DNA of 64,000 bases from an uncultured delta proteobacterium (GTDB lineage: Bacteria > Desulfobacterota > Desulfobacteria > Desulfobacterales > JAFDCJ01): the NCBI GenBank assembly GCA_963769935.1, contig CAVYNY010000021.1:97331-161330 (forward strand). Direction: 5' to 3'. Below are positions 20,400-30,601 of this stretch, one piece after another. Position numbers and translations under genes: made by a program. Below the pieces are notes generated by a model, which saw nothing but the letters and a program-made list of their open reading frames with translations, searched no databases and was not told the DNA's origin. Each line of letters begins with the position of its first letter. Within the stretch, counting starts at the first letter, position 1.

Positions 20400-21749
20400 T
20401 CATGTAGTCCGGCTTTCACCATGGGCATCTGGATTCAATAACGCATCCAGTTGCGCTACGCTTTCCTCGAAATATACCGTCTCATCGATATCCTGCTTCA
20501 GGTATGCATTTATCTTATCAATCATCTTAATCGCATAATCAATTTTTGGATTGCTGCCGGACACATAGGCGCCGATGTTGATCAAATCTTCCGCTTTGCG
20601 ATAAGTTGCCAGGATTTCTTTTAGTCGATTGGAATTTTGTTTGTGTTTATCGTCGACCACATCAACCATGACGCGGCTGATACTTGCCAACACATCCACT
20701 GCCGGATAGTGATTTTGCATGGCCAGATCTCGTGTCAGATTAATATGACCATCCAGGATGGACCGCACGGCATCGGCAATAGGCTCATTGGAATCATCTC
20801 CTTCCACCAGTACGGTATACAAGCCGGTAATTGTACCGCGGTTGGCGGAAGTTCCGGCGCGTTCCAGCAGCTTGGGCAAGAGTGTAAAAACAGATGGCGT
20901 GTATCCTTTGGTGGTGGGCGGCTCTCCAAGGGCCAGTCCGATCTCTCGCTGAGCCATGGCAAAGCGGGTGACCGAATCCATCATCAAATTGACATGATGT
21001 CCCTGATCACGAAAGTACTCGGCAATGGCGGTCGCGATAAAGGCCCCTCGCATTCGAATCAGCGGTAGACGATCCGAAGTGGCAACTACAATGACCGACC
21101 GCTGAAGTCCTTCCTGACCGAGCTCTTTCTCGATGAATTCATTGAGTTCTCTGCCCCGTTCTCCGATAAGAGCAATCACATTGACATCGGCCTTTGTTTT
21201 GCGGGCGATCATCCCCAGCAGCACGCTTTTGCCAACCCCGGAGCCTGCAAAAATACCGATGCGCTGCCCGCATCCGACGGTTAGCAAACCGTTGATAGTT
21301 CGGATACCCAGATCCAGCGGCTGGCGAATTCGCCTGCGCTTGAGCGGATTGAGCGAGGCAGCATAAATCGGGTAAGCGGCCTCGGTCGTGATGGGCCCTT
21401 TATCATCGATGGGACTGCCGAGACCGTCTACCACTCGACCCAGCAGGCCCGGTCCCACCGGCACAACGGCCTTTTGCTGGCGGGCCACTATTTTGCAGCC
21501 AGGCGCGATGCCGTGGATTTCTTCCAGCGGCATCAGCAATACATTTTTATCTCTGAAGCCGGAGACTTCAGCGGCTATGGTATGATTTCTGTGAGTGGTG
21601 TAGATATCACACACGGTACCCAGGCAGGATACGGGGCCGTGTGCTTCGACCACCAGACCGACGACATTGGTCACGCGGCCGGTGGCGCGAATAGCGCAGG
21701 TTGATTTCAGACAGGTATGATATTTGGCTAAGTCGACACCGGCGGCCAT
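20400..21749 (-). CDS. fliI: Flagellum-specific ATPase FliI
   Basis: GIFAGSGVGKS, IGERGRE, MDSVTRFAMAQREIGLALGEPPTTKGYTPS. Confidence 0.97.
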   Translation of the reverse strand: MAAGVDLAKYHTCLKSTCAIRATGRVTNVVGLVVEAHGPVSCLGTVCDIYTTHRNHTIAAEVSGFRDKNVLLMPLEEIHGIAPGCKIVARQQKAVVPVGPGLLGRVVDGLGSPIDDKGPITTEAAYPIYAASLNPLKRRRIRQPLDLGIRTINGLLTVGCGQRIGIFAGSGVGKSVLLGMIARKTKADVNVIALIGERGRELNEFIEKELGQEGLQRSVIVVATSDRLPLIRMRGAFIATAIAEYFRDQGHHVNLMMDSVTRFAMAQREIGLALGEPPTTKGYTPSVFTLLPKLLERAGTSANRGTITGLYTVLVEGDDSNEPIADAVRSILDGHINLTRDLAMQNHYPAVDVLASISRVMVDVVDDKHKQNSNRLKEILATYRKAEDLINIGAYVSGSNPKIDYAIKMIDKINAYLKQDIDETVYFEESVAQLDALLNPDAHGESRTT

Positions 21750-21837
21750 CAATAGTTGACTCCTTAAGAATGCAGGGACCTGTCCCCAGTAGTAGACTCT
21801 AGGTTGCCCCCCAAAAGGGCACAGCAATAAATAGTAG

Positions 21838-22142
21838 GGAGTACTGGAGCATTGGAGTCATGGAGTATTGGAAAGATGCGGCCAGGACCAGGTGTTCAAA
21901 ATGCTTTCCACACGCATACCGGAATTTGTTTTTACCCAATTACATTCACCGGGTAAATGATAATACGGCTATAATGTTTGAAAGACGGTTTGTCCACCTC
22001 GATCTGATTTTAGTGTAACCCCCCACAAATACTCCAACACTTCAATACTCCAACACTTCAATACTCCATCACTCCAGTACTCCATCACTCCAGTACTCCA
22101 TCACTCCAGTACTCCAGTACTCCATCACTCCAGTACTCCATC
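21838..22142. repeat. Inverted pair of 8-mer tandem arrays (TGGAGTA.. / ..TACTCCA) in the fliH-fliI gap
   Basis: GGAGTACTGGAGCATTGGAGTCATGGAGTATTGG at ~21838-21872; about 14 (T/C)ACT(C/T)CA(A/T/G) units at ~22030-22142. Confidence 0.8.
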
Positions 22143-22203
22143 ACGATTAGGGCAAAGCCTGTCATATCTGCCAATGCCGGGAACTCCGTCCGGGCGCGTT
22201 TCA

Positions 22204-22998
22204 TCAATCTTGCGTGCCGGAATTCTCGATGGCGTTGCGAAAGGATTCCTCCACGGCTAGGATCTGTTTTTCAATCCGGGCGTCGATTTCTCCTAAATTG
22301 GTTTCGATAATACATCCGCCGCTTTGAATATTTTCTTCAGGTTCAAGACTGACATTATCAATATTGCCAATCAGGTCTGAAAGTTTATACTTGGTCTCAT
22401 TGATAAATTGAATGTCTTGCGGGTTCATCTTGATTTTGATTTTTCCCGGATCCTCCATTCTGGCAAGCGCTTCCCTGGCCACACACACGACAACTTCACG
22501 GTCCATCTCTATCTCACGGCAGACGATTTTTCGGGCAATGGCCAAGGCCAGCTTCACAACTTCTTTTTCGATATTGTGATAGGTTTCGCCCCGTAAATTT
22601 TGTAGCTGCAGCAATGCCTCCCGCAGACTGTCCAACAGCGGTTCCTGCTTTTTTGACGCCCGCTCAAACCCCGCTCTTTCGCCATCGGCGCCTCCTTTTT
22701 CCAAACCGTCGTTGAATCCCTTCTGGTAAGCATCGACATCAAAACGACCGGCGGATACTGCGCTTTTTTGCGGATTCGTACCATGACCGCCGTAATCGCG
22801 AGAAAAATCCGAACCGGATGCATTGCAATTGTCGAAGCGGGTCCTTTGAAAATCATCTTTCAGCGGTATGCAGGTTCGCATATTGTCCGGATCATCTAAC
22901 GGAATATCCGGAAAATAATGCAGTCTGAAACCGCTCCGACGGTCCTCTGAGGCCTCGGCGTCGGCACTATGAAATAATTTCTTCTCCTCGGCGCCCAC
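22204..22998 (-). CDS. fliH: Flagellar assembly protein FliH
   Basis: AYQKGFNDGLEKG (GxxxG repeats), LALAIARKIV, GGCIIETNLGEIDARIE. Confidence 0.92.
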   Translation of the reverse strand: MGAEEKKLFHSADAEASEDRRSGFRLHYFPDIPLDDPDNMRTCIPLKDDFQRTRFDNCNASGSDFSRDYGGHGTNPQKSAVSAGRFDVDAYQKGFNDGLEKGGADGERAGFERASKKQEPLLDSLREALLQLQNLRGETYHNIEKEVVKLALAIARKIVCREIEMDREVVVCVAREALARMEDPGKIKIKMNPQDIQFINETKYKLSDLIGNIDNVSLEPEENIQSGGCIIETNLGEIDARIEKQILAVEESFRNAIENSGTQD

Positions 22999-23944
22999 TG
23001 ATAATTATTTCTCCCTTGGCTTCCATTTCCTGGATAATATTGGTAATGCCCGACTGCGCATCGGAGACTTCTTTCATTCTGACCGGTCCGAGATCTTCCA
23101 TCTCTTCGCGCAGCATCGCACCGGCCCTTTCCGACATATTCCGGAAGACTTTTTCTTTGACTTCTTCAGAGGCTGCCTTCAGCGCAATCGCCAGCTCCAT
23201 GGTTTCAACCTTACGCAGCAGTTTTTGAAATCCACGATCATCTACCAGCACCAGATCTTCAAATACGAACATCTTTTGCTTGATCTGGGCGGCCATTTCC
23301 GCATCGTTTTCCTCGATTTCGTTTAAAATCAGTTCGCTTGAAATTTCATCAGTCTGGTTCAGAATCTCGGCCAGACGGTCAATTCCACCGCTGACATTGG
23401 TCACCGAGCTTTTTTTATTCTTCAGAATTTCCTTAAAGACGGTATTGACCTCTTCCACCAGATCCGCGTTCACCTTATCCAGGTTGGCTACCCGTATGGA
23501 AACATCGGTCTTTATTTCATCCGAGAGTCTGGACAACACATCACTGGCAGCGGCGGTTTTCAAATGAATCAAAATAATGGCGATCGTCTGGGGATGTTCG
23601 TCTTTAATCAACTCATAGATTTCATCCGCAGCCAATGAGTCAATGGCTTGCAACCCCTCGGACGCATCCTCGTCTTCGCCGGTACCTTTGCCGCCATTTC
23701 CGGAGGGACCGGGTGCCGACGCGAGCCGAGCAGCCCGGGTCCGCAGGGTGGCAATATCGGTAAACTCCTTGGCCACATACTCAATGACATCCGCTGATAC
23801 GGCACCCATCTGTTCCAGATGGCGGTCGACCACCAACTTCTCCTTCTCGGTCAGGCCGCTGAGGATCACAGCGGCGACCTCTCTGCCCAGGGAACGGATC
23901 AAAATGGCGGCTTTTAAGGGGCCTGATATATTTCTCGGATCCAT
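22967..23944 (-). CDS. fliG: Motor switch protein FliG
   Basis: KAAILIRSLG, EHPQTIAIIL, GGIDRLAEILN, MFVFEDL, LGPVRMKEVSDAQ. Confidence 0.97.
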   Translation of the reverse strand: MDPRNISGPLKAAILIRSLGREVAAVILSGLTEKEKLVVDRHLEQMGAVSADVIEYVAKEFTDIATLRTRAARLASAPGPSGNGGKGTGEDEDASEGLQAIDSLAADEIYELIKDEHPQTIAIILIHLKTAAASDVLSRLSDEIKTDVSIRVANLDKVNADLVEEVNTVFKEILKNKKSSVTNVSGGIDRLAEILNQTDEISSELILNEIEENDAEMAAQIKQKMFVFEDLVLVDDRGFQKLLRKVETMELAIALKAASEEVKEKVFRNMSERAGAMLREEMEDLGPVRMKEVSDAQSGITNIIQEMEAKGEIIISGRRGEEIIS

Positions 23945-23987
23945 TTTTAGATTAAAATTCAGGTTGATGCTAAATGCTCAAAATTGT

Positions 23988-25595
23988 TTAATCTTCTTTA
24001 ATCCAGTCGCGCATTATGCCCATGGATGCTTCACTGTCGCTGGCAATCAATTGCGACGCCTGATCTCTAAATGTCACTCGGCGGGCGCCTGCATCATAAT
24101 CACCTTGCAGTTCACCCACGGTTTTCGGCAGTTGCTTGAACATTTCTAAATCGCCGAATGAATACTCCGTCAGCCATCTGACCAGGGGTCTGACAAAAAA
24201 CAGAAAAGACAAAAAGAGGAAAAAACTCAGAAAACCGTATTTCAGGTAGGGCTGGTATTTTTTTAGCAGGTTCATCCATTTGTCTTCGACAGGCGGGTCG
24301 GCCTTCAATGCAAGCTGAGACTTTTCGAAGGGGATGTTCACGATTTCGACCTCATCCCCCCTGTCCGCATTGAAATTCACGGCGCGCTTAACAATGTTTT
24401 CAAATTTCTGCATTTCATCAGCGGTTCTGGGTATATACTTCCATTCAAACTGCCCCGCTCCCTTTGCGACTTGCTGGTAGGTGCCGTCCACCATAACGGC
24501 GATGGAAACACGGGTCATTTCACCCACCGGTTCCTTGGTATGGCTGATGACCTTACCGATTTCATAATTTACAGTACGATCATTTTTCTCAAAATTAGAG
24601 GCCCCGGCGGTTGACTTGTTCAATTTACCGGCTGTCGCGTCCCCTGGAATATTTGATCTGACACCGGGTATCCCCTGGGGAGCAAGTTCCGGGTTGGTGG
24701 ATGATTCATTTAAAGACTGTTCACTGCGAACCACCCGGTTATCCGGCAGGTACAGCTCTTCAGTTTTTTCCTGGCTTTTGAAATCAAAGGAACAGGATAA
24801 TCGAACAACGGCCTTGTTCTCTCCCAAGGCCGACTCCAGCATGGTCCGTACACGATTTTCAAGGTTCTTCTCAACCCGGGTCTGATACTCCAATTGGTTG
24901 GAACTGAGGTTTCCGAAAGATGAATCATTTTTAACACCGGCCAGCAGCTTTCCTTCCTGGTCGACAACGGTTACATTTTCCGGCTTCAACCGTGCGACGC
25001 TGGAGGATACCAGATGGACGATGCCGTTGATCTGACCCTGATTCAACCACTTTCCCGGGCGCAGTTGCAATATTACGGAAGCCGTCGCCGGCTCTTCCTC
25101 TTCCAAAAAGAGTGATTTTTCGGGCAGCACAATGTGAACTCGGGAACTTTCGATTTCTCCGATCCGGTTGATGCTGCGGGACAGCTCTCCCTGAAGCGCT
25201 CTCTGGTAATTGACGTTCTGGGCAAATTCGGTCATGCCGAGTTTGGTATCATTAAAGATCTCAAACCCAATCCCGCTGCCTCGCGGGAGCCCTTCCGAGG
25301 CCAACTGCATGCGGATTTCATAAATTTGTTCCTGCGGGATCAGGATGGTCGTTCCATTGGATGCAAGGCGGTATTCAATTTTCTGTTCTTTGAGCCGGGC
25401 CAGAATGACTCCGGCTTCCTCCGGCTCCAGCTGTGCAAACAACGGCTGAAAATCACTTTTGCCCGACCAGCTCATCAGGAAAATGAAACCGGCCAGCGAA
25501 CCCAGCAACAAAGTTAGCAGGGTAATCTGTTTTCCGCGGCTGAGGTTGGCAAACGTGGCTTTCAGTTGCGTCAATATCTGACGAAGGGCTTCCAT
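23988..25595 (-). CDS. fliF: MS-ring protein FliF
   Basis: GFEIFNDTKLGMTEFAQNVNYQRALQGELSRSI, RVHIVLPEKSLF, two TM helices. Confidence 0.97.
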   Translation of the reverse strand: MEALRQILTQLKATFANLSRGKQITLLTLLLGSLAGFIFLMSWSGKSDFQPLFAQLEPEEAGVILARLKEQKIEYRLASNGTTILIPQEQIYEIRMQLASEGLPRGSGIGFEIFNDTKLGMTEFAQNVNYQRALQGELSRSINRIGEIESSRVHIVLPEKSLFLEEEEPATASVILQLRPGKWLNQGQINGIVHLVSSSVARLKPENVTVVDQEGKLLAGVKNDSSFGNLSSNQLEYQTRVEKNLENRVRTMLESALGENKAVVRLSCSFDFKSQEKTEELYLPDNRVVRSEQSLNESSTNPELAPQGIPGVRSNIPGDATAGKLNKSTAGASNFEKNDRTVNYEIGKVISHTKEPVGEMTRVSIAVMVDGTYQQVAKGAGQFEWKYIPRTADEMQKFENIVKRAVNFNADRGDEVEIVNIPFEKSQLALKADPPVEDKWMNLLKKYQPYLKYGFLSFFLFLSFLFFVRPLVRWLTEYSFGDLEMFKQLPKTVGELQGDYDAGARRVTFRDQASQLIASDSEASMGIMRDWIKED

Positions 25596-25599
25596 ATAT

Positions 25600-25902
25600 C
25601 TAGACCTGTGTGCGCATTATACTTTCATAGGCGGCGATTACCTTGTTACGGATCTGCATTAACAGCTCGAAAGAGACTTCAGCCTTTTCGACGGCAATCA
25701 TGGTCTGGTGAATATCCGTCTGTTTGCCGGTGGCCAGGTCGTTAATGCTGGCATCCGCTTCATGCTCTAAGCGGCTGACTTGATTGATAGACTGCTGCAG
25801 CAGTTCCCCGAAAGAAATCTTGGGGGGTTGAGCGGCCTTTTCCCCCGTAAGGTTCAGTCCTGCCTGGGGTTGAAACTGGTTTTTTATCGAAATATCTTGC
25901 AT
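25600..25902 (-). CDS. fliE: Hook-basal body protein FliE
   Basis: DIHQTMIAVEKAEVSFELLMQIRNKVIAAYESIMRTQV. Confidence 0.97.
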   Translation of the reverse strand: MQDISIKNQFQPQAGLNLTGEKAAQPPKISFGELLQQSINQVSRLEHEADASINDLATGKQTDIHQTMIAVEKAEVSFELLMQIRNKVIAAYESIMRTQV

Positions 25903-25904
25903 CG

Positions 25905-26342
25905 TTAACGTCCTATTTCCAGCGCTTTTAACGCCATGTCTTTGGCTGCCTTCAGGGCGGTTACATTGGCTTCATAACCGCGGCTCGCCGAAATCATGTT
26001 CACCATTTCCTCCATCAAATTGATATTGGGCATGGCGACATAACCGTTGGCATCGGCATCCGGATGGCCGGGATCGTATTTCATTACCGGCGGGTTTTGA
26101 TCTTCAACAACCCCGGCAACTCTGACGGTGGACAAGTATTTATTCTGGCGGTCGGCCAGAATCTGTTCAAAGGATCGGTTCAGGGGCTGGGCGGCAAAAA
26201 CTGCCTCTTTGCGCCGGTAGGGGCCACCCGCCCTGGTGCGGGTTGTATTAAGGTTGGCAAGATTGCCGGAAATCAAGTTCATGCGGAGTCTCTGGGCACT
26301 CAACGCTGCTGAACTGGTATTGATCGCGTCAAAAAAATCCAT
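25905..26342 (-). CDS. flgC: Basal-body rod protein FlgC
   Basis: AQRLRMNLISGNLAN, YDPGHPDADANGYVAMPNIN, SRGYEANV. Confidence 0.97.
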   Translation of the reverse strand: MDFFDAINTSSAALSAQRLRMNLISGNLANLNTTRTRAGGPYRRKEAVFAAQPLNRSFEQILADRQNKYLSTVRVAGVVEDQNPPVMKYDPGHPDADANGYVAMPNINLMEEMVNMISASRGYEANVTALKAAKDMALKALEIGR

Positions 26343-26761
26343 TAACTGCCACCTCCATTGATAGCATTTTTTAGGATGCTGAATTTTTTGTTAATAAGTT
26401 GAATTGCGGTATTGTAAAGCAATGTGTTTTCGGCCAAATTCCCCATGGTCCGTTCGATATCCACGGTGTTGCCATCGCCTCTCAGGCTGAAATCCGGTGC
26501 TTTGGCAGTTTTGAGTGTCACTTGATCCGAGGGTTCGGTTCTGCCGGGTAGATGGTTGGCATGAGTTCGCTCAAATGGAATTTTTGCTCCGCCTTCTGCA
26601 TATCGCTTCATTTCTTCCGCAACCACCAGTTCAAAGGCTTTATAGTTCGGGGTATCCATATTGGCGATGTTGGATGCCAGTACGCGCTGATTCAGCGATC
26701 TCAGATCCAGCGATCTTTCCAGCAAAGAAATTGTCCTATTAAAAATTCCGTCGCTCGACAC
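26342..26761 (-). CDS. flgB: Basal-body rod protein FlgB
   Basis: LASNIANMDTPNYK, RGDGNTVDIE; GTG at 26761 with AGGAAGGA RBS, downstream of the sigma54 site. Confidence 0.95.
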   Translation of the reverse strand: MSSDGIFNRTISLLERSLDLRSLNQRVLASNIANMDTPNYKAFELVVAEEMKRYAEGGAKIPFERTHANHLPGRTEPSDQVTLKTAKAPDFSLRGDGNTVDIERTMGNLAENTLLYNTAIQLINKKFSILKNAINGGGS

Positions 26762-26818
26762 TTTGCGTATCCTTCCTATGCAGTTAATGTGTTTTAAGAC
26801 CCATCCAAACCAATCGCA

Positions 26819-26833
26819 GCAATTTTCGTACCA
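26819..26833 (-). promoter_or_regulatory. Sigma54 promoter of the flgB operon
   Basis: TGGTAC-GAAAA-TTGC, ~58 nt upstream of the flgB start. Confidence 0.8.
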
Positions 26834-26983
26834 GATAGCAGAAGACAGAGGCCGGATGACAGAAGTCAGATGACGGACGACAGACATCCGCATTCCGAAT
26901 TCCGCCTTATGCCTATGCCCTATGCGCTAAGCCCTCCACCCTTTGCTGCATGCCCTATGCGCTATGCTCCCAGCCCCTATGCC

Positions 26984-28381
26984 CTATGCGTCCTGCGCCT
27001 CTGTTTCTTCCTTATATTCACGCAGTTTATTTCTGAGTGTCCGGATGCTGATCCCCAGGAGCTCGGCGGCATGGGTTCGATTATCATTGACCTTTTCCAG
27101 GGTTTGAATAATCAAATCTTTTTCCATATCCCGCACCGTAATTCCAATTTTCAAGGCCGGTGCCGCCGGCAATTGGATCCCACTCTCGGATGTTTCCATC
27201 AGCAGATTCTCCGGCAAAATATGCTCACCGCTGCTGATCAGCACCGCCCGCTCAATGGTGTTTTCCAATTCGCGAACATTTCCATTCCAGGAATGCTTTA
27301 GCAGTATCTCTACCGCCGCCTCGCTAAGCCTGGCCACATTTTTACGGTTCAGCCGGTTGTATTTTTCCATAAAATGCTGGGCTAATAATACGATATCTTC
27401 CTTCCTTTGCCGCAGCGGCGGAAGGTTCAATGGAATCACATTAATTCGGTAATATAAATCCTCTCTGAATTTGCCGGCGGCAATCGCCTTTTTTAGATCC
27501 ACATTGCTGATAGCGATTACTCTGGCATCGATCGGTATCGGATGCGTACCGCCGATCCGATCGATCTCCTTTTCCTGCAGTACCCGCAGCAGTTTGGCTT
27601 GCAGCGGCAACGGCATTTCGCTGATCTCATCCAGCACCACGGTTCCGTTTTTGGCCAGCTCAAATTTGCCAACTTTGCGGCCGACGGCTCCGGTGAATGA
27701 TCCTTTTTCATGGCCGAAAAGCTCGCTTTCAGCCAGCGTGTCGGGTAAAGCCGCGCAATTCAGGGCGACATAGGGTGCATCCGGCCGAAGACCGCAGCGG
27801 TGAACATAGGCAGCCAGCAACTCCTTGCCGGTTCCGCTCTCGCCTTGAATGAGAACCGTGGCTTTGCTGGGTGCGATGCTCTTGGCCTGTTTTAAAATGG
27901 CTATCAATTCGGGGTTGCGGGTAATGATTTCTTTGCCGGCTGAATGACGGCCGTCGCTGCTGGCGCCGGGTTTGTCCGTGTCGTTTCGGGCCGAAGACTC
28001 AACGGCTTTTTTGACTGTTCTTTCAAGAACTTCGGGTGGAAAAGGTTTCAGGATATAATCGCAGGCGCCGGCCTGCATCGCCGCAACAGCGTTGTGAACG
28101 GAACCGTTGGCGGTCATGATGACAACTGGAATTTTCGGCGATATTTTCTTTATTGAATTTAACATTTCCATGCCGTCAATCCCAGGTACTTGATCATCCG
28201 CTATTATCATGCTGTATTTCAAGGCCTTGAATCTGTCCAAAGCCTCCAGGCCGTCAGATGCAATTTCAACCGGAAATCCGACCCGATTTAAACTTTGCCC
28301 AATCTCTGTTCGGACTTCCGGCTCGGCATCAACGATTAAGATTGGCGGCAAATCCAGCAAACTCTTTCCCCCTTCGACCAC
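26984..28381 (-). CDS. Sigma54-dependent response regulator (receiver-AAA+-HTH), FlrC/FleR-like
   Basis: Receiver domain; GESGTGKE, ESELFGHEKGSFTGA, FREDLYYRINV, HAAELLGISIRTLRNKLREY. Confidence 0.9.
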   Translation of the reverse strand: MVEGGKSLLDLPPILIVDAEPEVRTEIGQSLNRVGFPVEIASDGLEALDRFKALKYSMIIADDQVPGIDGMEMLNSIKKISPKIPVVIMTANGSVHNAVAAMQAGACDYILKPFPPEVLERTVKKAVESSARNDTDKPGASSDGRHSAGKEIITRNPELIAILKQAKSIAPSKATVLIQGESGTGKELLAAYVHRCGLRPDAPYVALNCAALPDTLAESELFGHEKGSFTGAVGRKVGKFELAKNGTVVLDEISEMPLPLQAKLLRVLQEKEIDRIGGTHPIPIDARVIAISNVDLKKAIAAGKFREDLYYRINVIPLNLPPLRQRKEDIVLLAQHFMEKYNRLNRKNVARLSEAAVEILLKHSWNGNVRELENTIERAVLISSGEHILPENLLMETSESGIQLPAAPALKIGITVRDMEKDLIIQTLEKVNDNRTHAAELLGISIRTLRNKLREYKEETEAQDA

Positions 28382-28502
28382 GCCCTGGCGCAGTTGGATG
28401 TTCGAAGCTCAATGTTATTTCTTCAGTGCTTATCCTGAAGGCTTGATTGTCAAACCAAGCGCTCCGCTGAATTCAGTTTTCAGGCAAACCGTCTTTAGGA
28501 GA

Positions 28503-28517
28503 GCAATTATCATGCCA
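28503..28517 (-). promoter_or_regulatory. Sigma54 promoter of the FlrC/FleR-like regulator
   Basis: TGGCAT-GATAA-TTGC. Confidence 0.8.
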
Positions 28518-28857
28518 CCGCCCTCTCAGGTGCCGCCGATGGCGACTTGCTATTTTTTTTATTAATATCGGTAAGTTAATTTAGTATACCCACCAGTGTT
28601 AACTCTGCCAAAGCCCTGCGGACTTGTCAAATTTCAGATGAAGTGAGTCACTGCATTGACGCCTGGCTTGAAGTGCATTTCATCTTAGTCTGGGGGATAG
28701 ATGGGGGGATAAGGCTTTACTACTGAATATTGAAGATTGAATATTAAAGGCGTTCCGTCTTTTTAAATTATTCGACCTGCCGTTTTCTAAAAAAAGCTGA
28801 AGACGATAGGATTCCACCAATATTCAATTAAAAGGGGGCGGCTGGTTGAAAACCCTG

Positions 28858-29910
28858 TCAAATGTTGCAGGGTTGTAAATGGTGTCTTTTTATTTTCTCA
28901 ACCAGGGTGGTGCGATTCAGATGAAGAAGTTTGGCGGCTTTGTTTTTGACCCACTTGGTTTTCTCCAACGACTGCAGTATCAAAGCCTTTTCAAATTCGG
29001 TGACGGCACTGTTCAGACAGATGCCTTCATCTGAGATTTCAATGGCGGCCGACGGCTCAAATTTATTGGTGGACTTCAGTTCGAGCGGCAAATCCCGGGG
29101 CGTAATCTTTCCGCTTCCTTTTAATACCACCAGCCGTTCGACCATGTTTTTGAGCTCCCGGACATTACCCGGCCACGAATAACTCATCATCATGGCCAGT
29201 GCTTCGTCGGTAATTTCCCTGACATCGCGGTCATTTTTCTGATTCGAGCGGTCCAGGAAATGGGAAATCAGGTACGGGATGTCGGATTTACGCTCCCGCA
29301 ATGCAGGCAGCATCATCGGGATAACGTAGAGCCGGTAATATAAATCTTCCCGAAAGTTACCTTTCTGAACCTCCTCGGACAGGTCCCGGTGTGTAGCTGC
29401 AATAATTCTAACATCGACTTTAATGGTTTTAGCGCCGCCGACCTGTTCAAATTCGCCCTCTTCCAGTACTTTCAGGACCTTCACCTGCAGATCGGAGCTC
29501 ATATCGCCGATTTCATCCAATAGAATGGTCCCGCCGTCTGCCAGTTCAAATTTTCCCTGTTTCGAGGAAGTAGCGCCTGTAAAAGCACCCCGCACATGCC
29601 CGAACAGTTCACTCTCCAACAAGTTTTCGGGAATGGCTCCGCAATTTATGGAGATGAAGGGTTGATTCCTCCTTTTGGATCTATGATGAATGGCCCTGGC
29701 CACCATGCCTTTCCCGGTGCCGGTTTCACCGTTTAAAAGGATGGTACTGTCGCAATCCGCGACTTTTTCAACCAGATCGAACACCTCCCGCATTTTTTTG
29801 CTCTGACCGATAATATTGTGAAACCCGCATTCCTCATTGACCTGAGCTGAGGGTACATGGGTTTGATCCGAAGTAGCCGGTATGTTTTTATTAAGGGCTG
29901 CGTTCTGCAC
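28858..29910 (-). CDS. Sigma54 activator (AAA+-HTH) without an N-terminal sensory domain, FleQ/FlrA-like
   Basis: Only ~28 aa precede FHNIIGQS; GETGTGK, GAFTGA, HTH KAAKLLHLNRTTLVEKIKR; GAGGAGG RBS before GTG. Confidence 0.88.
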   Translation of the reverse strand: MQNAALNKNIPATSDQTHVPSAQVNEECGFHNIIGQSKKMREVFDLVEKVADCDSTILLNGETGTGKGMVARAIHHRSKRRNQPFISINCGAIPENLLESELFGHVRGAFTGATSSKQGKFELADGGTILLDEIGDMSSDLQVKVLKVLEEGEFEQVGGAKTIKVDVRIIAATHRDLSEEVQKGNFREDLYYRLYVIPMMLPALRERKSDIPYLISHFLDRSNQKNDRDVREITDEALAMMMSYSWPGNVRELKNMVERLVVLKGSGKITPRDLPLELKSTNKFEPSAAIEISDEGICLNSAVTEFEKALILQSLEKTKWVKNKAAKLLHLNRTTLVEKIKRHHLQPCNI

Positions 29911-30601
29911 TCCTGCCTCCTCGCAAAGAATATTAATGGTAATGTCGGTTCATTGATCACACAAGATTTTTCTACTCTGAAAAACTAAATTGTAGATAAA
30001 ATGGCCCTGAGGATGCTCTAAGGTCTCGGTCGAGCTCCAAGCAAAATTAGCAATAACCATGCCGTGCTGATTTATGCCGCCGACAGAGCGTAAGGGATCG
30101 GTTGGTCGTTGGACAGGTTTGATGAAAAAGTTTTCTATATGAGGTATGTTGTCGGTATGAGCCGATACAACATTTAGTGGGGTAATTTTTTTACCATCCG
30201 GGAAAGAAAATGATTTAAAAATCGCGTCCGGTAAGAAACCGAATCTGAAAGCGCGGGTGTACGGCTGAAACGCACCCGCATCTTTTGCAATTTGCAAAGA
30301 TAAAGGGGCGGTGGCTGAGAGTATCAGCGTCAATTTGCAATTTATCGATCGGCCTGGAGACCACTGAATCGTCACCCGCAGATCCGATCGCTGCAGTCGG
30401 ATTTATCACATCCGCCGAATCAGCACATGATTTTAATAGGTTAATAACAACCGTCGCGTTGGCGGCCTCTGATGCCGGTTCGTTGTTTTTCAGATTTGGG
30501 CGCCCAAAAGAATAAAACGATAAATGTGCAATTTGCAAATTCCATATCTTTATTTTGCAAATTAATATTTAATTGTTACGGATTCAACCCGGCTTTCCGA
30601 T

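Noticed and set aside
22030..22142. CRISPR array
   Set aside because: The units are 8-nt tandem repeats without unique spacers, and no cas genes are present. The same applies to 58055-58385.
29950..30538. ORFs of 141 and 107 aa upstream of the FleQ-like gene
   Set aside because: No recognisable motifs, no convincing RBS, and they overlap each other. The gap is treated as regulatory.
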